A stretch of 58,891 nucleotides of DNA from a bacterium (GCA_028719205.1 JAQUKH010000012.1:1-58891); one strand, 5' to 3'; numbered from the stretch's first letter, positions 18,017 through 26,659 are shown. The notes: a model not told the origin generated them from the sequence alone. Program-made: numbers and translations.

Positions 18017-18723
18017 AAAACAAAATTATTTTAATATATCTTTTGCCGATACTTTTCCTGGGCTGCTCTTCTGATTCAGTCGTTTCTCGCAAACGACAAT
18101 ATAATGAAGAACCCTTGTTCGGTAATATCGAAAAAACTGATTATCAAAAACAAGCCGATACTCGATTTATTCAAGAAGTTATAACGGAATCCGGCAATAA
18201 AGAAGCTGCTACCGGCAATACACTGAAAAGTGCCTGGAATTATTACTATAAAGGTGACTACTCATTGGCTATGAAAAGGTTTAACCAAGCTTGGCTGCTC
18301 GATAATAATAATGCTGAGGTTTTCTGGGGTTTTGGTTTAATAATGGGGATAAGGGCATGGAGTGAAAACCCGGGAAAAAACTTAAGTGAATCCATAAAGT
18401 TTTTAGAAAAGGCAAATGAGTTGTTTAAAGATAATCCTAATCTGCTGATAGATCTCGCTCATTCCGAAATAATGCTGGGGAATTTTTTAAAAGATAATAA
18501 GAGGGAAGAATTCCAAAACCATTTTGATAAAGCGAGAAGTTTATTCCAAAAATCGGAAGGATTAAATAAAAATATCCCTTTACTTTATTTAAATTGGTCA
18601 CTTTTGGAATTCTTTGAAAAAAAATATGCAGAGGCTAAAGTTAAATTAGATATTGCAAAGAAAATGGGATTTAAACCGGATCTTAACTATGAAAAAGATC
18701 TGGAAAAACATTTAAAAAAATAG
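18013..18723 (+). CDS. TPR-repeat lipoprotein
   Basis: Lipobox FLGC; AMKRFNQAWLLD.NNAEVFWGFG TPR motif; ATG overlaps the secY-like stop. Confidence 0.8.
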   Translation: MKNKIILIYLLPILFLGCSSDSVVSRKRQYNEEPLFGNIEKTDYQKQADTRFIQEVITESGNKEAATGNTLKSAWNYYYKGDYSLAMKRFNQAWLLDNNNAEVFWGFGLIMGIRAWSENPGKNLSESIKFLEKANELFKDNPNLLIDLAHSEIMLGNFLKDNKREEFQNHFDKARSLFQKSEGLNKNIPLLYLNWSLLEFFEKKYAEAKVKLDIAKKMGFKPDLNYEKDLEKHLKK

Positions 18724-18869
18724 CTATTTTGCCCGTTCTATATATTTTTCTGTCCTTGTATCAATTTTAACGAGTTCCACTTCATTGATAAAGAACGGGA
18801 CGCTTACGGTTATTCCTGTTTCGAGTTTCGCGGGTTTTCCGCTTCCGGATACGGTGTCTCCCTTGAATG
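18724..18869 (-). pseudogene. 146-bp duplicate of efp 3' end
   Basis: Colinear with 19721-19866; few, mostly synonymous differences. Confidence 0.95.
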
Positions 18870-18928
18870 TCAGGGACATTGGTTTCTAGTGATACTAACT
18901 ATAAACAAAAAAATAAAAATAGCCAGGA

Positions 18929-19195
18929 TTATTCATAATGCGTCCACATACGGATTATTTTTACTGTTTTCTTTTCAGGGAGGACCTGATAAACAAGGCG
19001 GTGTTGAATATTGATCCGCCGTGAATAAGCTCCGGACAGGTCTCCGACTAATTTTTCAAATGAAGGTGGTTGTTTAAAGGGGTTTTCTTTTAATAAAGCA
19101 AGAAGGATTTCCGCTTTAGGTTTTAGTCCGGAAGCGGAAAGTTTTTTAGCATCTTTTTGGGCCTGCTTTGTAAAGACAAGCTGCCAATTCACCAT
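18929..19195 (-). CDS. yoeB: Txe/YoeB family toxin
   Basis: EKLVGDLSGAYSRRINIQHRLVY...MWTHYE. Confidence 0.95.
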   Translation of the reverse strand: MVNWQLVFTKQAQKDAKKLSASGLKPKAEILLALLKENPFKQPPSFEKLVGDLSGAYSRRINIQHRLVYQVLPEKKTVKIIRMWTHYE

Positions 19196-19431
19196 TTTAA
19201 TTCCTTATTGCATTTTTCTATGGGTGTTTTAAGGCCTTTTTGGATAGATTCTCTCATTTTAGGGATCGACAAAAGATATAAAGTTTCTTCTATAGCCCGC
19301 CAATCCCCTTCAGAAATTAAAACAGCTTTATTCCTTTTTCCTGTTATTTGAATAGGTTCATGTGATTCAGCGGTTTTGTCCACCAATTTATAAAGTTGAG
19401 ACCTTGCCTCGCTGGTTGTAAGTGTGGTCAT
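19189..19431 (-). CDS. yefM: Phd/YefM family antitoxin
   Basis: SEARSQLYKLVD..HEPIQIT..AVLISE..ETLYLLSIP. Confidence 0.93.
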   Translation of the reverse strand: MTTLTTSEARSQLYKLVDKTAESHEPIQITGKRNKAVLISEGDWRAIEETLYLLSIPKMRESIQKGLKTPIEKCNKELKW

Positions 19432-19451
19432 ATTTTGCTACCTCCATGGAT

Positions 19452-19480
19452 AGCGTACTATATAACGTACGCAATGTCAA
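19452..19480 (-). promoter_or_regulatory. yefM-yoeB promoter and operator palindrome
   Basis: Minus strand TTGACA-17-TACGCT; GCGTAC..GTACGC inverted repeat overlapping. Confidence 0.65.
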
Positions 19481-19499
19481 GTTGTTTTTTGCGTTAATT

Positions 19500-19618
19500 G
19501 TAGGGGCGACCCGCGGTCGCCCGAATGTAACTGATAATGAACGCAAAACAAGGGATATCGGACAGAATGTGAATACCATCGGAGGATTCACCGGAGGGCG
19601 ACCGCCGGTCGCCCCTAC
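19500..19618. repeat. Inverted REP doublet (REPIN/BIME-like)
   Basis: GTAGGGGCGACCCGCGGTCGCCC (19500-19522) and inverted GGGCGACCGCCGGTCGCCCCTAC (19596-19618). Confidence 0.85.
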
Positions 19619-19660
19619 GGGAGGGTCATTAATTGTGGGAATTATCAGGCTATTTAAAAT

Positions 19661-19688
19661 AAAAAAGGGCGATTAATAAATCGCCCTT
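19661..19688 (-). terminator. Rho-independent terminator of efp
   Basis: AAGGGCGATT/AATCGCCCTT stem with T-tract on the minus strand. Confidence 0.75.
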
Positions 19689-19720
19689 CAATTTGAAAAT
19701 TATCTTCGAAAATATTTATA

Positions 19721-20281
19721 TTATTTCGCCCGTTCTATATATTTTTCCGTCCTTGTGTCAATTTTAACGAGCTCGCCTTCATTGATAAAGAACGGGACGC
19801 TTACGGTTATTCCTGTTTCGAGTTTCGCGGGTTTTCCGCTTCCGGATACGGTGTCTCCCTTGAATGACGGGTCAGTTTCGATCACTTTTAATATGACCGA
19901 GGCCGCCATATCTACTCCTATAGGCTTTTCTTCAAAGAAAACTATTTTTACCGTTTGATTTTCCGTAAGGAATTTCCACGTGTCGCCGGTCTGCTCTTTT
20001 CTTAATTCAATCTGTTCAAAAGTATCATTGCTCATAAAAGTAAAAGTGTCGCCTGATTTGTATAAAAACTGTACTTCTCTTTCTTCATAATCTGGTTCCG
20101 GGAATTTTTCACCGGCCTTGAAGGTCCTTTCTATCACGCTTCCATCACTAAGATTTTTTAATTTAGTCCACACTACCGCCTTGCGCATCGCGGTTTTATT
20201 GTGCTGGAAATCAACAATTTCAAATATCTTATTTTCAATCCCTAACTTTTTACCTTTTGAAAAATCAGCTGTATCGATCAT
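19721..20281 (-). CDS. efp: Translation elongation factor P
   Basis: [36 protein letters not shown]; loop is KTAMRK rather than KPGKG. Confidence 0.95.
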   Translation of the reverse strand: MIDTADFSKGKKLGIENKIFEIVDFQHNKTAMRKAVVWTKLKNLSDGSVIERTFKAGEKFPEPDYEEREVQFLYKSGDTFTFMSNDTFEQIELRKEQTGDTWKFLTENQTVKIVFFEEKPIGVDMAASVILKVIETDPSFKGDTVSGSGKPAKLETGITVSVPFFINEGELVKIDTRTEKYIERAK

Positions 20282-20376
20282 TTCACGTCTCCTTAAATAT
20301 TAACATTTCAATTTTTGTAGAGTATATATTATAAATCTTTTTCTAAAAATGTCAATAATTTGTTATAATAAAAATC

Positions 20377-21561
20377 ATGCCAAATTATCACTATAAAGTC
20401 GGGACAAAAGAAGGAAAAGTCATTACAGGTGTCAAGGAAGCCGAGAACGAGCTTAAACTGCGCCAGGAAATGGAAAATAAAGGATTTTATGTTTTCGCGA
20501 TAACAAAAAAAATCGGCGGCTGGAGTAAAAAAGTAAAATTGTATGAAGTCCTGCTTTTTATACAGGAGTTGTCGGTTCTTTTAAAAGCCGGATTAACAAT
20601 GGTCCATAGCCTCGGTATTTTAAAAGAGAGGGCTGAAAATGCTTCTTTCCAGTATATTATTTCTGATATTAAAAGAGAGGTGGAAGGGGGAATGGCGCTC
20701 TCAGACGCGCTGAATGCCTATCCGCATATATTTTCAAGCATGTTTGTTTCAGCGATAAAAGTCGGTGAAACAAGCGGTAATCTGGTTAGTATCCTGGAGA
20801 GGCAATCCGCTTATTTAAAAAAGATAATGTCCGTGCGGCGGACGGTGATCGCGGCTTTGATCTATCCTATAATACTTTTGACTATTTCCATATCGGTTGT
20901 GATCGTTCTTCTGGCATTTGTTGTCCCGACCTTTTCCAAATTATATGAAGACATGCACAAGGCTTTGCCGCCGGCTACCGTATTTTTATTATCTGTCAGC
21001 CATTTTGTGAAAAGTAATTTCCTGCTTCTTACCATAATTATTTTTTCGGCATTCTATGCCTTAGTTCTCTGGTACCGGACAGAAAAGGGAAGAATAACCG
21101 CTGACAGTTTGAAATTAAAAATACCTCTTATAGGCAATATCCTCGCTAAATATTCACTTTCACAATTAACAAAAATGCTTGCCACGGTACTCAGGGGAGG
21201 TATTCCTTTAATTACTTCATTAAAAGTCGCGGGAGAAACACTGGAAAATAAATATCTGAGTGCCTGTATAAAGGAGATCATCCCCAAAGTGGAAGGCGGG
21301 ATGAGCCTTGCCGAATCTATGAAGGATATAACCATAGTGCCGAATATGACTATTGAAATGATCGCTGTCGGCGAGGCTACGGGATCGCTTGAAGAGATGC
21401 TTGAGAATATTTCCAATTTTTACGATGAAGAAATTGATATGTATGTGGCTTCTTTTACCGCGTTAATAGAACCGCTGATGATCCTTTTTATGGGATTATT
21501 GGTCGGGGGGATCGTTATCACGATGTATCTTCCTATTTTCCAGATGGCAAGCGGATTCTGA
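20377..21561 (+). CDS. pilC: Type IV pilus/T2SS inner-membrane platform protein (PilC/GspF)
   Basis: LLKAGL, VGETSGNL, ALIYP, VGEATGSL, LIEP, MYLPIFQM. Confidence 0.9.
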   Translation: MPNYHYKVGTKEGKVITGVKEAENELKLRQEMENKGFYVFAITKKIGGWSKKVKLYEVLLFIQELSVLLKAGLTMVHSLGILKERAENASFQYIISDIKREVEGGMALSDALNAYPHIFSSMFVSAIKVGETSGNLVSILERQSAYLKKIMSVRRTVIAALIYPIILLTISISVVIVLLAFVVPTFSKLYEDMHKALPPATVFLLSVSHFVKSNFLLLTIIIFSAFYALVLWYRTEKGRITADSLKLKIPLIGNILAKYSLSQLTKMLATVLRGGIPLITSLKVAGETLENKYLSACIKEIIPKVEGGMSLAESMKDITIVPNMTIEMIAVGEATGSLEEMLENISNFYDEEIDMYVASFTALIEPLMILFMGLLVGGIVITMYLPIFQMASGF

Positions 21562-21567
21562 AAAAAG

Positions 21568-21658
21568 GTCACCAGCGAAAAAAGTCACAATGTCACCAGT
21601 CTCAACGTCACCATTATTAATTTTTTACTTGTGACTTGTGACTTTTAAACTTGTGACA
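21568..21658. repeat. Inverted heptamer array (GTCACAA/TTGTGAC)
   Basis: Several GTCAC(A/C)A units facing several TTGTGAC units; related copy at 23971-24039. Confidence 0.75.
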
Positions 21659-21688
21659 TTTTTAAAATTTTATAACGGGTTAATTAAA

Positions 21689-22435
21689 ATGAAAGTCAGG
21701 GAAATAATCGATGCTTTTGTGGACTTCATATGGCCGCCTAAATGCCTGATTTGTGATAATAGTTTGGAGGATGGAAAAAAATTTATTTGCGATGAATGTG
21801 CTAAAGGTGTTAATTTGTTTTCTCCGCCTTTTTGTTTCCATTGCGGTAAACCTCTATTTTATTCCGGCGATCTTTCGGAAAGGCTATGCGCCCCATGCAA
21901 AGAAAAAAAAGGCCATTTTGACCGTGCGTTTATTATTGGGAGTTATGAAAATAGCCTGAGAGAGGCGGTACATCAGTTTAAATATAATAAAAAGGCCGCG
22001 TTACGAAAATATTTTTCAGTTTTAATTAATGATTATGTCGAAAAAAATAATGTTTTGGATAAAGTTGATGTTATTGTTCCGGTTCCTTTATTTTTAACAA
22101 AAAAAAGAGAACGCGGTTTTAATCAGTCAGAACTTCTGGCTAAGGAAATTTCAAAAAAATGGAGTTTGCCCGTTTCAACAAAAAATCTTTATCGCGCCAG
22201 GCATACCGAGCCCCAGTATAACCTGGATTATACCGGGCGTGAAAAGAATATTAAAGGGGCCTTTAAACTGAAAGATAAAGATATTATTGAAGGGAAAAGG
22301 GTCCTTCTCATAGATGATGTTGTTACGACTGGCGCGACGATCAATGAGTGCAGCCGTATTTTAAAAAATGAAGGGAAGGCGAAAGACGTTTTTGTCCTTT
22401 CCCTGGCAGGTAAACTGCTGGATTACAGACTTTAA
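21689..22435 (+). CDS. comF: ComF family protein (double zinc ribbon + PRTase)
   Basis: Four CxxC pairs, VPVPL, RGFNQS, LLIDDVVTTGAT. Confidence 0.93.
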   Translation: MKVREIIDAFVDFIWPPKCLICDNSLEDGKKFICDECAKGVNLFSPPFCFHCGKPLFYSGDLSERLCAPCKEKKGHFDRAFIIGSYENSLREAVHQFKYNKKAALRKYFSVLINDYVEKNNVLDKVDVIVPVPLFLTKKRERGFNQSELLAKEISKKWSLPVSTKNLYRARHTEPQYNLDYTGREKNIKGAFKLKDKDIIEGKRVLLIDDVVTTGATINECSRILKNEGKAKDVFVLSLAGKLLDYRL

Positions 22436-22534
22436 AATTTTTTTGTTGATTTGTCTTAAATTTAGGAGTACAATTCCTGTGTTTTTATTAATTGATCTGG
22501 TAAAATTTTAAAAAGAAAGGGGGCGATTAAAATA

Positions 22535-22816
22535 ATGAAAAAGAACATGATAAAGCTGATTGTAGTGGCTCTTTTGATATCTCCGATGTTATCTTCCTGT
22601 AATACTAAAAAATTAGAGGAAGAAATTGCAAGCCTTAAACAGGAAGTTGCAACTTTAACTTCTGAAAAGTCCGCGGCGGAAGCTCAGGTAAAAGAATTAA
22701 CCATTAAGTGTGAAGAAGCAACAAAGGCTAATGATGACTTGAAGGCTGAGTTAGAAAAAGCTAAGGCTCCTAAAGCCAAGGCTCCGGCAGCTCCAGCAAA
22801 AAAACACAAGAAGTAA
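22535..22816 (+). CDS. Small coiled-coil lipoprotein
   Basis: Lipobox LSSC, heptad pattern, Lys/Ala/Pro tail. Confidence 0.75.
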   Translation: MKKNMIKLIVVALLISPMLSSCNTKKLEEEIASLKQEVATLTSEKSAAEAQVKELTIKCEEATKANDDLKAELEKAKAPKAKAPAAPAKKHKK

Positions 22817-22844
22817 AAAAGAACTACTATATATTAATGTGAAT

Positions 22845-22875
22845 GGGCCGATTATTAAATCGGCCCTATTTTTTT
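22845..22875 (+). terminator. Rho-independent terminator
   Basis: GGGCCGATT/AATCGGCCC stem plus T-tract. Confidence 0.8.
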
Positions 22876-22937
22876 GGATTCAATTTTTATTGATTATAAA
22901 ACTATGCTGTGGTAAGATTTGGGATAAAAGGAGCCAA

Positions 22938-23966
22938 ATGATAAAAGTTGGAATAATAGGAGCGGGCAGTTTAACCGCTGAAGAGCTATTAAAAATATTG
23001 TTAAACCATAAAAATGTTGAAGTTAATATATTACATTCTGAGACATATCAGGGGAAAAAAGTAGATTCTGTCTGGCCTGCTTTTAAAAATTTAACGGATC
23101 TCTCTTTCAGTGCACCGTCATTGCAGAAAATTAAAGAAGTATGTGATTGTATTTTTATAACACGGCCGCATGGAAAAGCAAGTGAAGTTGTAAAAGAATT
23201 AAATTCTTCTAAAATAAAGATCATAGACCTGAGCGCGGATTTTCGGTTGCCTGATCTTTCATATTATAAAAAATGGTATCCGGGAATGAATCATCAGATC
23301 CCGGAATTATTATCGAAAGCGGTTTATGGTTTACCGGAGCTTTTCCGGGATAAAATAAAGAAAAGCAGTTTAACAGCTAATCCGGGCTGTTACGCGACAG
23401 CTGTAATTTTGTCTTTAGCTCCTTTGTTAAAAAATAATATTATTAAAAAACAGATAATAGTTAACGCCTTTTCCGGTGTGTCCGGCGCGGGGCGGATGCA
23501 TAAAGAGAATTTTAATCTATTCGGAGATATTTACGGCAATTTAAAGATCTATAAACCGGGTACTCATCAGCATACGCCCGAAATGGAGCTTACACTCGGG
23601 AAACTCGCCGGGGATGAGGTTAAAATAACTTTTATTCCGTGTTTAATACCTGTTAACAGGGGAATTCTCGCGATAAGTTCGCATCCTTTGGAGAATAAAT
23701 TAACCAAAAAAGATATTATTGATATCTATCAAAAGTTTTATAAAAATGAAAAATTTATCAGAATTTGTGAAAACGGGTATCCTGAGATAGCTTCCGTTGC
23801 CGGGACGAATTTTTGTGATATAGGTTTTGAGATCGATGCAAGAAACAATATTTTAATGGCGGCTTCAACTATAGATAATATTGTTAAAGGCGCTTCCGGC
23901 CAGGCTGTCCAGAATATGAACCTGATGTTTGGATTTGATGAGACAGAAGGACTGATAAGTCATTAG
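22938..23966 (+). CDS. argC: N-acetyl-gamma-glutamyl-phosphate reductase
   Basis: IDLSADFR, ANPGCY, SGVSGAG, IDNIVKGASGQAVQNMN; AGGAG RBS before 22938. Confidence 0.95.
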   Translation: MIKVGIIGAGSLTAEELLKILLNHKNVEVNILHSETYQGKKVDSVWPAFKNLTDLSFSAPSLQKIKEVCDCIFITRPHGKASEVVKELNSSKIKIIDLSADFRLPDLSYYKKWYPGMNHQIPELLSKAVYGLPELFRDKIKKSSLTANPGCYATAVILSLAPLLKNNIIKKQIIVNAFSGVSGAGRMHKENFNLFGDIYGNLKIYKPGTHQHTPEMELTLGKLAGDEVKITFIPCLIPVNRGILAISSHPLENKLTKKDIIDIYQKFYKNEKFIRICENGYPEIASVAGTNFCDIGFEIDARNNILMAASTIDNIVKGASGQAVQNMNLMFGFDETEGLISH

Positions 23967-23970
23967 TCTA

Positions 23971-24039
23971 AAGTCACAAGTCACAACGTCACCAGTATTA
24001 ATTTTTACTTGTGACTTTGAAACTTGTCACTTGTGACTT
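23971..24039. repeat. Inverted heptamer array (GTCACAA/TTGTGAC)
   Basis: AAGTCACAAGTCACAACGTCACCAG...CTTGTGAC..CTTGTCACTTGTGAC, homologous to 21568-21658. Confidence 0.75.
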
Positions 24040-24059
24040 TTATATTGGAGTGCAGCAAT

Positions 24060-24533
24060 TTGTTTACTATCAATAGTGAGAGCAGTAAAAAGACTGAAAA
24101 GATTGCTGAAAAAATTTCTCTTCTATTGTCCCCGGGTGATGTTATTTGCCTTATCGGAGAATTGGGCGCGGGAAAAACCTGTTTTTCAAAGGGTTTGATC
24201 AGGGCCCTGGGTGTAAAAAACAAGTATGTCGTAAGCCCTACCTTTACTATTATCAATGAATATCAAGGAAAGTATCCTATATATCATTTTGACCTGTATC
24301 GTTTAAAAAATGAAAATGAATTAGAGGCCCTGGGTTTCGAAGAATATTTTTACGGTAAAGGAATAACCCTTATCGAATGGGCGGATAAGATGAAAAAACT
24401 ATTGCCGAAGGACAGGCTTGAGATATATTTTTCTTACGTAAATGAAAATACACGGCGTATTATTTTAAAACCGAAAGGAAAACTTTGGGTTAGCCGTGAT
24501 ATGGAGTCTTTCAGTGAAAATATTGGCAGTTGA
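24060..24533 (+). CDS. tsaE: tRNA threonylcarbamoyladenosine biosynthesis ATPase
   Basis: GELGAGKT, VSPTF, HFDLYRL, IEWAD; start uncertain (TTG 24060). Confidence 0.95.
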   Translation: MFTINSESSKKTEKIAEKISLLLSPGDVICLIGELGAGKTCFSKGLIRALGVKNKYVVSPTFTIINEYQGKYPIYHFDLYRLKNENELEALGFEEYFYGKGITLIEWADKMKKLLPKDRLEIYFSYVNENTRRIILKPKGKLWVSRDMESFSENIGS

Positions 24534-25215
24534 AACATCAGGCTTGAGGGAAAGTGTCGCTGTTTATAATAATGGCAAAATAACCGAACTCAATCAGGAG
24601 GTAAAATCCCATTCCTCGCATCTTTTGAGGGCTATAGACAAAGTATTAAAAAAATCGGATACCAGGCTGGAAGACCTGGATTGCCTCGCGGCCTCGACAG
24701 GCCCTGGGTCCTTTATGGGGATCAGGATAGGTTTAGGCACAATGCAGGGATTAAGTCTCGCGCTGGATATTCCTTTGATCGGGATACCGGCACTGGATGC
24801 TGTCGCGGAAAATGTCAGGAATTCAGGTTTGGATCTTAATAATATCAAGTACATATGCCCTTTGATCCTGAGCAAGGGAGAAGAGGTTTATTCCGCTGTT
24901 TATATTGTTAAAAACAGGCAGTTTAAACGTAAAAGCAAGTTTCAATACATTTCAATTAATGAATTCCTTAAAATATTCCGAAAAGATAAGATATCAGGGT
25001 GTGTAATTTTCTTTAGCGAGGCAAGGAGATTTGAAAGCCAGATCATCAATGTTTTAGGTGAAAAGGCGGTTTTTTTACAGGATAAAATTTCTTTCCCCGG
25101 AGCCGGGAATATAGCAAAATTAGCCGGGAAAAATATCAGAAATAATAAAACAAAAAAATCAGTTTATCCATCACCATTATATGTCAGGCCCTATTTAACC
25201 AAGAAAACGGGCTAA
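24514..25215 (+). CDS. tsaB: tRNA threonylcarbamoyladenosine biosynthesis protein
   Basis: ILAVETS, HS, GPGSFMGIRIG, PLYVR. Confidence 0.92.
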   Translation: MKILAVETSGLRESVAVYNNGKITELNQEVKSHSSHLLRAIDKVLKKSDTRLEDLDCLAASTGPGSFMGIRIGLGTMQGLSLALDIPLIGIPALDAVAENVRNSGLDLNNIKYICPLILSKGEEVYSAVYIVKNRQFKRKSKFQYISINEFLKIFRKDKISGCVIFFSEARRFESQIINVLGEKAVFLQDKISFPGAGNIAKLAGKNIRNNKTKKSVYPSPLYVRPYLTKKTG

Positions 25216-25229
25216 GGAGAAAAGAGAAT

Positions 25230-25790
25230 ATGGCTAAAAAATTGAGAGAAGCGGATGTTTTGCTTCGCTCAGCCTTATTCTTTTTTACTTTTTGGACCAC
25301 GCTGACATTCCCATCGTATTTATACTTAGAACATTTTTTGATCAATCTGGCGCAGTATTTTATAGCAGGCGCGGTATTGTCGGTCTTTGTTGCCTGGGTA
25401 ACCAGGGGGATGTTCCTGGTAATTGAAGAATTATCGTTTTTTTATTTAAAATATATGTTTCGTATTTTTTTGTATTGGATGAATCTGTTTTTAAATATTA
25501 TTCTTGCAGGAATAGATGTCGCCCGCCGCGTAATGCGTAAAGATCTTCTTATTTCACCGGGAATTATTGAATTTTATACCCCCTTAAAAGATGACTGGTT
25601 GATAGCGTTTAACAGCAATTCCATTACCCTGACACCCGGGACTATTACTGTAGATGTTAAAAAAACAAAAGACGGAACAAGATTTTTAATACATTGCATT
25701 TGCAGGGAGGCTGTACAGGATATTCAGGCAAGCATGGGTTTTGTTAAAGAGATCGAGAGGATCTATCGGGACAGGAGCCAGGATGATTGA
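25230..25790 (+). CDS. mrpE: Mrp/Mbh antiporter subunit E
   Basis: NSITLTPGTITVD. Confidence 0.9.
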   Translation: MAKKLREADVLLRSALFFFTFWTTLTFPSYLYLEHFLINLAQYFIAGAVLSVFVAWVTRGMFLVIEELSFFYLKYMFRIFLYWMNLFLNIILAGIDVARRVMRKDLLISPGIIEFYTPLKDDWLIAFNSNSITLTPGTITVDVKKTKDGTRFLIHCICREAVQDIQASMGFVKEIERIYRDRSQDD

Positions 25791-26049
25791 ATTCAGTTTA
25801 GTCCTTAAATTCGCGATGATGATCTTATCAATAACAATATTTTTTTGTTTGTACCGCGCGCTGATCGGGCCGACGATCCCGGACAGGATAATCGGGATAA
25901 ATCTGATAGGTACAAAAAACACCGTTATGATAGTTTTTGCGGGGGTGTTGTTCAATGAAAACGGTTTTTTTGATATAGCGCTTTTATACGCGATGCTGGC
26001 ATTTATTACAAATATCGCGTTGGTTAAATATATGGAGACGGAAAAATGA
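25783..26049 (+). CDS. mrpF: Mrp/Mbh antiporter subunit F
   Basis: RALIGPTIPDRII, DIALLYAML. Confidence 0.9.
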   Translation: MIEFSLVLKFAMMILSITIFFCLYRALIGPTIPDRIIGINLIGTKNTVMIVFAGVLFNENGFFDIALLYAMLAFITNIALVKYMETEK

Positions 26050-26402
26050 TACTGGGATTTTTTGAAACATTTTGCCGGATATTGGCATCTATTTTTATTT
26101 TTTCAGGCCTTTTCTTTTTTATTACCGCGACAGTCGGTGTAATAAGGATGCCTGACCTTTATAACCGCGGGCATGTCGCCGGAAAGGGCGACAGCCCGGG
26201 TTTTTTTCTTACATTATTGGGTATCTGGCTTTACGAGCTTACGATAAATCCGATCCAGAGTTTAAAGATCCTGCTTATACTGTTTTTTATGTTTTATTCT
26301 CATCCTATAATAATTCACGCGATATTGCGTGTTTCCTTTATTAAAAAAATACCTTTTATGAAAGGAACCACTGAGCAATATTTAGAAAAGGATAAAGAGT
26401 GA
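26046..26402 (+). CDS. mrpG: Mrp/Mbh antiporter subunit G
   Basis: GVIRMPDLYNRGHVAGKGD. Confidence 0.9.
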   Translation: MILGFFETFCRILASIFIFSGLFFFITATVGVIRMPDLYNRGHVAGKGDSPGFFLTLLGIWLYELTINPIQSLKILLILFFMFYSHPIIIHAILRVSFIKKIPFMKGTTEQYLEKDKE

Positions 26403-26659
26403 TGGATCTGGTTCTGGTATCCCATATAATTATTTTAGTATTTTTAGTTGTAACCGCTTTGGCCGCGATCTTTCTTGAGGACCTGTTCGCGTCTGTAATA
26501 GTTTACAGCGCTTATAGTTTCTGCATGTGTTTGACTTACCTGATACTTCGTTCAGCGGAAATAGCTATGACAGAGGCGGCGATAGGCGCGGGGCTTACAA
26601 CAATACTTTTTGTTGCCGCGCTCGCGAGAACCTCCCGTAAGGAGGAAGACAAGGAATGA
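26402..26659 (+). CDS. DUF4040/MbhD-like membrane subunit
   Basis: AEIAMTEAAIGAG. Confidence 0.85.
   Translation: MDLVLVSHIIILVFLVVTALAAIFLEDLFASVIVYSAYSFCMCLTYLILRSAEIAMTEAAIGAGLTTILFVAALARTSRKEEDKE

Larger units (their letters stand above)
7315..19720. mobile_element. Accessory hotspot between convergent queC and efp: attC cassette cluster with no integrase in view (CALIN-like), TA modules and relic gene ends
   Basis: Unrelated short genes, five attC-like sites, four TA pairs, duplicated queC/efp/yoeB fragments; no integrase or transposase ORF. Confidence 0.75.

Noticed and set aside
19422-19676. 84-aa ORF across the REP doublet
   Set aside because: Composed of promoter and REP palindromes; no coding signal
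7315-19720. Prophage, ICE or IS element as the cause of the island
   Set aside because: No integrase, transposase, phage structural, relaxase or tRNA attachment-site sequence was seen
21568-24039. CRISPR array interpretation of heptamer or coding repeats
   Set aside because: No constant 23-47 bp repeats separated by unique spacers anywhere in the window
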